Assembly (NCBI GenBank): GCA_051362555.1
Contig: CM120645.1
Location: 14,570,001 to 14,634,000 of the forward strand
DNA length: 64,000 bases
Source of the DNA: Lingula anatina
Lineage: Eukaryota; Animalia; Brachiopoda
Direction: 5' to 3'
The notes under the pieces were generated by a model. The model worked only from the letters and a program-made list of their open reading frames with translations. It did not search any database and had not been told where the DNA came from. The translations under genes were made by a program, and so were the position numbers. This document shows, piece by piece, positions 51,901 through 62,038 of this stretch. Every line of letters starts with the position of its first letter. Position 1 is the first letter of the stretch.

Positions 51901-54900
51901 TAAAAGTTCTTCCCTAACATCCAGTGATTTTTTATGAAAAGCAAGTGCCTTTTTGTACTCACCCATTTTTTGCAGCACAGCACCTATTTTGCTGTTCACT
52001 TTTTCTACATCAATCTGAGCGTACTCCGAATGGCTTTCCATTCCATCTACTACTGTCTGATAAATTGATAGAGCTTTTTGATTAAGTGAAAGATTATGGA
52101 ACACCTCTGCGATGAGTTGCAAATTTATGAATGCCTCTTTTCTCTGTTGTATCTCAGATGAGTACAACCTTGATTTGAGCAAACTGGCTGTCTTATCTAG
52201 ATGGGGTGACATGTTTGCCAAACATTCCAATTCAGCAGCACTGCTTTGATGCACATTGTATAGGTGTTTGAGACGACCTATGTAATAATCACAGTATCTC
52301 TCTTGTGTATGAGAGATTTCATTGCTTGTATTTGCATGAGATTCTGCATAGTCTCTTAGCAAAGGATGTAGATCATAGGTATTTTCATCGGAGTTCAAGA
52401 GGGATTTAATGGTTATACTCCCAAGGACAGATTCACATTCATTCTCATCTATTTCTAAAATTTCAGAAACCTCAATTGAAGTAAATGCGATGGGAAATAT
52501 ATACAGTCCCCTAAATACCCTCTGCTCTAAGGGATTCAGTGTTTCATAAGACTTATCTAAAGGCGTTGGAGTGCTAGATAACTGTAGAATGGTGAGGACA
52601 TTTTTCTGTTTTATTTCCTCTAAAACGGTGTTTATTGTTTTGAGTTTAATTTGGCCAGCAAGCAGTTGCAGTGCAAGAGGGTTATGGCCGCATCTGTCTG
52701 CTATTTCACCTAAAGCTTCTAATTCACTATCTGTGGGACTGATTTCTCCCCAAAGAACTTTTAGTGAAGATATTTTATCAAGAGGAGGAATGTCTACAGT
52801 AACTGTCGTATGTGACAGAAGACTAAAGGATTCACGACTGGCGCATAACAGTGTGATAAACTTAGATGAATCCATTAAATCTTGCAGTAATTGCAGAAAC
52901 TTGTGTTTTTGTGAGTGCAAAATACTGTCATTATTGTCAAAGATAAGAAGAGTTTCTGTATTCAAACTAGACATAGTGTGTATGAGTTTGTTTTCATAAT
53001 CTTTGTAAACGTCATTCAAAAAAATAGCTGGCTGGTAGTAATATACCAGTGACAGTTTGACAGATTCAAGATTTAAAACTTTTTCCATGTCAATATATAA
53101 AACATCTTTTCTGTGATGTCCAACCTCGATAGCCGTGCTTGTTTTACCTATACCACCCATCCCTGTCAGCAAAATGAGTTGGGTGCCATCTGAAACCTGC
53201 CCCAGTATTTTTTGCACCAAATCTTTGCGTCCCTTCAACGTCAGATTTCTATTTGGAAGGGAAGTGGAAAGGAGCTCACAAGGTGGTTCTGAAATGAGAA
53301 AAATAGGTGTGTGATCGTATTGTGATGCAAAGAAATATAAAACATGTGACTCGTCTATAACGTCAACTTGATATTTAAAGGGTGATTTCACACACATGCA
53401 CACACACACTCAAGCACATAATTGTCATCCTTTACCTCATTAGCAACGTCTATTTCGACAAAGTAGCAAAACTAGGACATAAATATTACATGGACTAGAT
53501 ATGACATTGTCTCTTGTGTTAAATTGGTGGCAAAATGAATAGAAAGACATTCAGAGAGACCAGCCATCTGCCGAACTCATTCATGACACCACATGCCAAT
53601 ATTTGTTTTAATTCACAATGTTCAAAAAATTCCTTAGAAAATTCAGTCCAGACGAGGGAAGATGTGATCATCACCATCATTATGTAAGGACTTTTGTTAG
53701 CTTTTGCCAAAAGTCTTATTTACAACCTTTCATAGATTCTTTTGGACAATAAATTTTCTATGGCCAGTGCAACACTTACACATGTTAACTTACATGTGAC
53801 GTCATAATTGCTATTTTAAGGTAAAAATTGAAAAACCTTTTTTTCAAATTTCTCCTTTACCTGAGCATCCAGGAACACCATTTAACACCAATTCAATGAC
53901 ACCATTTAGTACTTATTTTGTAAAAATGTTTAGTTCAGATTTAATCATTGATAACGCAAAATAAAACCTTTGCTAAATAAAAATCTGTAATAAGGGGCTC
54001 ATTATTCCATAACAAAACAACAAAAAATAATAATAAATGAATAAATAAACAAATTAAAAATTACGATACAGGATGGTAGCTCCTTCACTCTTGGTGAAAT
54101 ATGCCAATTTTCTTGACAGAATCTTGTTCGAGATGAGATTACAACCTATACGGATTGCTATCTTATCTCAAAATACAAAGGCATTATAATAATGTTGAAG
54201 CTTTTTATTGTTTTAAGTCAACACCAATATAGATATATTCTTGAATAATTAGGTACAGGGAAAACTTATTCTCTGTATCTGTATGACAATAAAGGCTTAC
54301 AATACCCTTTTAATCTTTAAGAAAACGCTCATTCATAGTCTATTATATGGGTTTGTTAGTTAAATCTACCTGCTGCATGTAGTGGATCAGTCAGCAACTT
54401 GTCGTAGTCTTCACTGGAGTAGAGTGGAGACAGAGACAACAAAAGAGATTTCAATTCGGTGAACTTGTCCTTGAATTCTGCATCTGTGAGACCGGGGCCC
54501 CCATGTGCGAATTCGTTGCGATATTTCTTCACTCTGCCAATCTGGGCTTCCACGGAGGTGTCTGTTGCTGGAGGATTCTCCCAGCTGGCTTTTGGGTTCA
54601 GTGTTGTGATGTTTCTCAAGAAGACAACTGTAAGAGTTAAATCTAAGTCCTTCAATGTCACAGTTGTGGAGGGATTCCCAGAGGGGTACAGAAGCTTCAT
54701 TTGACTGGAATTCAAAATATTTCGTTTTTTCAAACGGAGCAAAATATGCTTTGCTTTTTGGTCGCCAAGAATACCAAACAACTTGTTGCCTTTTGTAGGA
54801 TCGAATACACCTATATAAGCTGTTTGTAACTGTGTACTGAGAACATCTTGAAGCACATCGTTAGAACGATGTATCAGTAGCCCCATTCGAATTGCATTTT

Positions 54901-54934
54901 CTCTCTCATTTTGTGGTGTTGCAGTAACTGCCAT
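48991..54934 (-). CDS. NLR-like HEPN (DZIP3-type) - STAND/NB-ARC ATPase - 24x TPR protein (~1620 aa)
   Basis: Exon 54934-54370 encodes the HEPN: N..R...L, Q..LLYP, DLDLTL...LRN, W...P...DTS..A.I.R+K.YRNEFAH. It joins through a phase-1 GT-AG intron to exon 53288-48991: Walker A GMGGIGKT, Walker B LLIFDN, sensor-1 ASR, CGHNPLAL, LHPLLRDYA, then 24 repeats of 42 aa. Confidence 0.9.
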
Positions 54935-55808
54935 TTTGTCTTAGATCTGGAAAATAAAAGATCATCTTTACCCCCTAGCTGATTTAGTGCGACAGACACC
55001 AAAGCCGGTTAGTCGACAGCTAGTGGGACTCCCCAGGGAGTAAGATCGATCCAGAGGGATCGATCTAGGCATGGAAACCCAGTCTAAGTCATGTTATACA
55101 TTAATAAAAGACACTTGCCTAAGAGATGTGAGTAACTTGTTGTCATCAGATAGTAATGACCCAGTTTTGTAGGTAAAGGTTATCTAACAAGTCAATCAAC
55201 CGCATGTACGTTTCGGTGTTATCACTAATAGTTCAATTCTGCAGATAAAGGTTAAAGGTACACGGGAACTGAGCATCGGTGGAGCGTGAATTCCCAGTAA
55301 CACATATAAACCACTTCTAATACATGTACATGTAGTTTCTTATACCACTCAAATTAAGTCGACATGCCAAGGGTCAAACTGAATAAATCACTCGATCAGC
55401 CATAAATGAGCTTTAGACTGCTCCTTTCTTTAATTTTTTGGTCAGAAAGTTCCCCTACTTATGTGACCTACTTTTCTGCCTCATGTATATACATCATAGA
55501 AAGCTAGCATAAAAAATCTATACAAATATCATGTTTACAAATATCGAGCAATGTCTTTTGGCAGTTCTCTTTTTTATAGTATTAGAAACTATATGCTGTC
55601 ATTTGGCTGTTGTTGCTGTTGTTTTTAACACGAATGTGACTGTAATATTTATACCCTGGTACCGGTAGGTCAGGAAACTGATTGGTCAATAAGCTTTGTT
55701 AATGCAGATGTTTGCGGGATTATCCTAGCACTTTTCAAATTTTACTTGACTCTCATAAATGAAAATAGCGAACAAAGCTCATTTTATTATATTGACGTTT
55801 ATGTATAA

Positions 55809-56050
55809 GGGACCATTCCCAGAGACTATCGTACTATATCCAAGGGGATTATCAATGTATTGCAATGAACTGAAGTGGCTACAATGTCTTTCACACCTAC
55901 TGGGGTTGATAGGGTAATTAATTATCGTTTATCAGCTTTAGTGGGCGTCCCAGACATCTAAGCCACTAAAGCTGAAAGCAATTTAGCAAGATACCTCTTA
56001 GAGATGGACTGATCCTGTTAGATTGATCTAGGGATGAAAACCCAATCTTA
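55809..56050 (+). repeat. Interspersed repeat, also at 59623-59872 and partially at ~54970-55090
   Basis: Shared GGGAC.ATTCCC..TCCAAGGGGATTATC..AAGCTGAAAGCAATTTAGCAAGA.ACCTCTT.GAGATGGACTGATCCTGTTA. Confidence 0.75.
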
Positions 56051-56690
56051 AACATATATGCTCGGCCATAGTGTCTCTGTCATTAATGTCTAACTCCATG
56101 TAGTGAATTGATTGTAGGGGATTGATTCTGTGCCCATTAATTACTAAAGAATCAGTGTTTGTAACCATTGGCAAAGTGCCCATCCTCAAATTATAAAGAT
56201 ACATTGTAATTTGCTATTATTAGAATAGAAAAATAAATAATAAAATAAGAATAGAAAAAAATAATAACTGTATTAAGAGTCCATTTCTATTTCATATTTT
56301 CCTTTTTAGTATGCATTACTTGAAATGAATTTTCTTTTTCTGCTTGCAACCGTAAATATTTTACTGATTCTTACCCTTGCCCAACCCAGATATGTCTCTA
56401 CAGAGGTCATTTTGGTCTGTAGTCACCCTGTTGAGAAATCTCAAGGCTGATTACATGGCTGGTAATTGTTTGCATAACCGCCCAGGCACTGCCACTTAGC
56501 AGGTCCAGTCTAAGTCTGCTTGACAACAACCTAGACAGTTAATTGCTCTGGCCTTAATCACCTGCTCTTCTGTGACAGATAAAATAGCCCCCTATGAGTA
56601 GCATGTTACTTCGGAGTGAGGCTAACTGAGGGATACCCTGAAGTAGTTGTAGGGGTATAAATACTAGCAGCCCGAGAGCATTGTTATGGT

Positions 56691-56865
56691 ATGGAGCGAG
56701 AAGAAGCAGATCGGATAGCAAGAAAAATTTGGGCTTTTGTAGGGGTGACAGACCATCAATTTGTAGCAGTGAGTGCTGCACTCAGTGGGAAGGACGTGTA
56801 TGCTGGCATTCCTACAGGAGGTGGGAAAAGCCTACGATTCCAGCTGCTTCCATTTCTAGAAGAGT
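56691..56865 (+). pseudogene. RecQ-like helicase N-terminal fragment, probably transposon-derived
   Basis: F..VTDHQ..AV.AALSGKDVYAGIPTGGGKSL.FQLLP corresponds to RecQ motif 0/I. No downstream DEAH motif is seen. Confidence 0.65.
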
Positions 56866-57248
56866 CCATGCCGAATGTCCTCTCTAACTTGACCACTTTC
56901 AAAGAACTTGTGTACGACCCACTCTTCGGTCCCACTACAATTGAACTCTTGAGTATAAATCAAAGTTATATTTATTTAAGAAGATAAGATTTTACCCAAA
57001 TCACGTTGCCTTAACCTACGATACGGGCGCAGTGTACTAATGTCACAGATAATGATATTATGAAATCAAACTAATGTTGTACCGCGAACGTACTTAGAAG
57101 GCTGCCATTCGTAGTTCAATTACTACTACCAGCGAACACCAATCTACAGCATATCGTAACTGCGGGAGACGTTTTTTTTCAAATAGTAATAAGTAAGGCA
57201 TATTAAAGACTAAACAGAGTCTATATGATTGCATAAGAAAGACAGTAC

Positions 57249-57620
57249 CTCCAATAATTAATTGTTAGAACGTCTTATCTCTCTATTTTCTCGTTTTTTT
57301 ACGGAGCAAACATCTGACGTGATATCCGCCATTTTTTAAGCTGCAGTACGGAATTGTGGGATACGGCTTATTTCAGGAAACCCCTTCCAACCACGTGACT
57401 GGTTTCTGCAGTCAGCAGAGCCCTAGACAGGTTGAATAACGCGCAGTTAGCACATCGTCGCGAAGCAAACTCCTGTAGAGCAAGTATAAAAAGCCTTCTG
57501 CGCGCGGATAGAGATAATTATTACCACATGGGATTTCTCAATAGGGTGACTACTGCTAGTTGGACTGAAAATGTCCACAAAAGAACAAAATGATCCCAAA
57601 TTAGGAAAGTAAACTGCTCC
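57249..57620 (-). promoter_or_regulatory. Putative promoter and non-coding first exon of the HEPN-STAND-TPR gene
   Basis: CpG-rich patch with a donor GAG|gtactg at 57249; the acceptor at 54946 precedes the ATG. Motifs: YY1-like CCGCCATTTT, CRE-like TGACGTG, E-box CCACGTGAC, kB-like GGAAACCCC (57376-57384) and GGGATTTCTC (57530-57539). Confidence 0.45.
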
Positions 57621-57976
57621 AGTGGTCGACGCAGGAGGAAGGGTCTGTTGTGATCTACGGGTTTCTGACCAAGGTGGAGCAGTGACAGTAGCAGCGGCTG
57701 TGGTTTTGATACTTTATTCATTTCAACGAACAGCGTTTTAGCCTCAAAACGTGGATGTGTGTTGTTTTTCAATGTGCCTGGATATTTAGCCATTAATTGA
57801 GTCTCTCATTGCCACATCCCTCTCCAACTTATCACCATTTTCCTCTCTTTCTTACATTTATGAACCCCATAAGTTTAAAAGAAATAATTGTTATTAACGG
57901 GAAATTGTGTTTTTTTTTACTTATGCTAGGATAACACATATTGTAATTTTTTTAATTAAAAATTTATTCACCAATT

Positions 57977-57977
<1 letters not shown>

Positions 57978-58029
<52 letters not shown>
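57978..58029 (+). repeat. (TA)n microsatellite
   Basis: Direct reading. Confidence 0.9.
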
Positions 58030-58031
<2 letters not shown>

Positions 58032-58099
58032 AGTTAAAATAAAAAATAGCGTTGCTCAAAAATACCACGATATCAGTTTTTTCTTCTCTAAATTTACAT

Positions 58100-59010
58100 A
58101 GGTGAATGATATTCTTATCTTTTATACATCTTTTTATACATATCTGTTGATAAATATATGTTCCCTATAGTTTCTTCTCTATATACTATTCTGTACAGAA
58201 GAACAGTATTGGTATACATCAAGTTCTAGAATCTTATATTTCTTTAAGTATCTTCCTGTTGGATAAATTCCATGCAAAAATTTTTTCCACTGAACTGCTC
58301 TTATTACAGATTGAGTACATGCCAAATATATGTCATTCCACACTACACTTGGTACTCTTTCATTAAGGATTATAATATTTTCTGATTTATTCAAAACAAG
58401 TTTTAATTTTACTTCTCTGGAAGTAATATCTTTAAGTTGTATTCCTTTAAAGGTTAACTTATTCTCTCCTGATTTACCATAATTCTCAATAAACTGATGA
58501 GTAATACAGTTTCTTATAACTTGATGTTCCATAAAGGTAATTCCATTCTGCCCAGGCAACTGTAAAATTTCTTCATAAGAACAACGTTTATTGTCTTTAA
58601 CTAAATCTCTAATATAAATTATTTCATTTTTTATCGAACGAGTAAAACATAAAATATAGTAAAATATACTGCATGATTTAGGTGTTGTTCCACAAAATAG
58701 ATCCACCTTAACAATCGCTGTGCCTTATCCATAACTTCAGAATTTGTTGATAAAACTCACCACAAAGACCAAGATTTACGATATTATCTGGGTTAATCAA
58801 CCTTTTTCTAACTGCCCATACAAGAAGTGCGGGATCACTCTCCAGTGACCATCCCCAGGAGAACTTAACGACCCATTTGATGCTAATTCTGTTTGTAGGA
58901 CATGAGCTCTGATAATTTTTAAGCCACCTCTTGAATATTATTGGACAATAAGATTTCTTCTAACCTTATCTGTACATTTTTAGTTCAGCCACAATTTTTG
59001 ACTTACATAA
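58100..59010 (-). mobile_element. Degenerate L1/Tx1-clade LINE ORF2 3' fragment
   Basis: KVRRNLIVQ*YSRGGLK, I.YIRDLV, W..IY....S...RAVQWK.LHGIYPT...L.K.KI and a C-terminal Cys region are Tx1/L1 post-RT signatures. Stops and frameshifts are present. Confidence 0.7.
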
Positions 59011-59131
59011 ACATTAAAAATTATTCTATATACACAAATCATATGACCAAAGAGCTGTGGCTATGCGTGTATTCATGTAAAAGCAACCTTTTGAAAACAG
59101 TTGTTGTTATAATAATTGTTATTATCATTAT

Positions 59132-59135
<4 letters not shown>

Positions 59136-59181
<46 letters not shown>
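59136..59181 (+). repeat. (AAT)n microsatellite
   Basis: Direct reading. Confidence 0.9.
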
Positions 59182-60139
59182 TAGTATCACATTTTGAGCC
59201 AGGTGTAATTTTTATCCTTTTTCAGCAACTTTAATATAGCACTGAATAATAATAATAATAATAATAAAAATTTCACTTCATTGTCTACATATTCAATATA
59301 TAATCAGAGGTCCCTGTGTAATCAAATCATATTTTGCAGTTTTGTTTTAACTGTCATACAACGTTGTATTATCTCAGATAAGTAGTTGCAGATATTACAG
59401 AATAAAAAAAAAACAACTAATTAATCTTTCAATTAATTTACAATTCTAATTAAATGATTGTGAAAATGTATGAATATACAGTAGATACAAACACAATCCA
59501 AAGTAAAACATTAAAAGTTAAATTTTTCATTAAATGTTCTATGATCATATTATTGTTATATCAATATTAAACTTTTAAATTCTGAGAAAAAAACATCAAT
59601 CAATTATTCTTGGAGAGTTGAAGGGACTATTCCCGAAATCTAACTGTGAATCAATCTGTCTCCAAGGGGATTATCGCTAAATTGCAATCAACTCCATCAG
59701 CTTAGATGTCTGGCAGGCCTATTGAAGCTGTTAGGGGGTATTTAACTCTCGTTTAGCAGCTTTAGTAGGCATGACAGACATTTAAGCCACTTAAGCTGAA
59801 AGCAATTTAGCAAGAAACCTCTTGGAGATGGACTGATCCTGTTAAATGAATCTAGTTATGGGCACCCAGTCGAAGAATAGCCATGTTGCTTTTGTGAAAG
59901 TTTTGGCAACTTGAACTGTTTTGTCGAAGTTATTTGCCTTAACATGCCTTCCTCCCAGAAACCGTTTCCTGACATTTAGGATCTTGAATGCAACATATGA
60001 CAAGAAAAGAGAAAACCATAAGTTTATCATCAGAATGACCTACACAATAACCATTATTTTAGCAGCCTTGCTGTTATGAAACCCATAATCACTGCCAGTA
60101 ACATCTACATCAAATTAGATGTTATGCCAGAACTCTGGC

Positions 60140-60375
60140 ATGTACAACAGCCAACAACTGGGAAGTGATACTGTTCTCAGATGAGAACAGGTTGAGCGTT
60201 GTGAAAGGTGATGGGTGCGTAAGGGTTTGGAGAACAACTGGTAAGAAATATCTTCCGAATTTTCTTCTCTGATCGAAAAACTGCACGGTGCGTAAGTCAT
60301 GGTATGGGTTGTATCAGCTACTGTGGTTTTGGCCAGCTGACAGTGGTCAACGGGAACCTTAACGCAGAGCAATTT
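60140..60375 (+). mobile_element. Tc1-like transposase relic (copy 2)
   Basis: NWEVILFSDENR.....DG.VRVWRTTGKKYLP, then frameshifted VMVW..ISYCGFGQLTVVNGNLNAEQ. Confidence 0.75.
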
Positions 60376-61078
60376 TAATGAAAAAAAGCCTTTTAGAAGT
60401 TGAATAAAACATTGGATCAGTGGATGATTTTCTTCATCGCTTGACGTTTTGCATAAGAGGTAACACTTTTTTGCTAGAGGACTTTAGATGCCCTTGGGGT
60501 AGTAAGGATTGCCCAATCTGGGACAAATAAGGACGCACAAGATGTTCTAGGATGATATAGGACTAATTAACTTGATAGATATATATATCTTTGGACTAGA
60601 TGAAGATGAATTAGATGAAGACTGCCGAGGTGTAGAAGATAAGTAAGAATATACATAATTGCGGAATCATTTTATTTGGTAATGCTCAAAAGGGGATGGT
60701 TTTATGCCCTGTGTTACAAGTCTAAAAGGAACGTAAGGTCACATTTACACTTATGCCCCTAGGCGTGTATTTTCAGGTCATATTTTTCTCAGCAGGTCTG
60801 AAGAGTATCTATGGCTCTTCCCATATATACCAAAGAAGAGCTTGGTATGTGGTAGAGATGCAGGTGCTTGATGCAAACAAAAGAACACCTTTCTGTTCAC
60901 CTTGGAATGGCTGAAGTAACCATTTGGAAGATCACCTAAGGTTTCGCACTTGCTACCATGTGAAAGCAGGCAGCAGCACAGGGCGTCCTCATAAAACTAC
61001 AACAGGATGGACTGCATAGTACACAAGATGTGTTGTCAAAAGAGAACATGGTTATCGCGCCTTCTCTAAGGAACAGTG

Positions 61079-61136
<58 letters not shown>

Positions 61137-62038
61137 AAAGGACCAGTCAAAGCTGGAATCGGCCAAGGATATTGGAAAACTGTTTTGACCCAACACAGAA
61201 AGAGACGCCGCTAACTAAGAACCAACAACTCCATTGACGTGAAATGTGTCATTGGAGGCATGTCTGGTTCTCTGGTGAGGCAAGATTTCTTTTCCGTGTG
61301 TTGAAACCAGACTCCATGCTTCATGTTAAGTTTGGAAGAGAGCAGCTGAAGACCATGAGGTGGGATCTATTGCACACGTCGATGGTTCTGCCCGCCTTTA
61401 GCCGCCGTTCATAATGAAGCTTGAACCAGTCTAGAGTTCCTGAGAGAAAGCTAGCTGCTGACGTACATATGGAAGTTATTTTGATAGAAACGGTGCTATT
61501 TTCTACAGTTCACTGTTTAGGTGCTCTAGACCAAACTGTAAGGGGCAAAGAGGTCTAGACAATTACAAGGTATGAGGTGAGGCAGGGATTCTTGTAAAGG
61601 GTTGGGTAAATCTGAGCCAACAAGACCCAGATACTAGAGAAGTCAGTACTCCAAAGAACAGATTACATCAACCAGATTTATGACAATTACCCGACACTCA
61701 GTGATTAAAGTTTTTATGGTAGAATATTGTCTTTGCGTGACTCTGCTATTCTCCTCTTATCTCTGCTCTCTTCAACATAACGTTTGATTTTCACTATAAA
61801 ATATCAAAAATTCCACTTTTTAGAGCATACCAAAAGAAATAAGAAGCCCTCAGAACACTGTAAAAACACTGAAGGACTGGATATAAGTTCCATTGTATCT
61901 TAGTTCGAACACATTGAAATCGTATTTGTAATACATCTTTTGGAATTTTCCATCATTTTGAGCAAGAGCGTGCATTGATCAGCTAACATTCTATAATAGG
62001 TTGCAGTATTGGAATCCTTAAGACCTAGGAGCTCTTCC

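Noticed and set aside
48991-53409. Calling the TPR gene NPHP3 or kinesin light chain
   Set aside because: Only the 42-aa TPR type is shared. The HEPN-NB-ARC N-terminus, single large exon and tandem paralogues do not fit either gene.
53289-53409. ORF-track N-terminus MCVCMCVKSPF... of the 1472-aa ORF
   Set aside because: It is intronic sequence upstream of the acceptor at 53288 and includes a (GT)n run.
54356-54934. DZIP3 orthologue
   Set aside because: Only the HEPN domain is present. There is no RING or coiled-coil, and it splices to a STAND domain.
60936-61196. Poly-Phe ORF, and other low-complexity ORFs (IYIY, NNNN, LSLS)
   Set aside because: Translations of poly(A) and microsatellite tracts.
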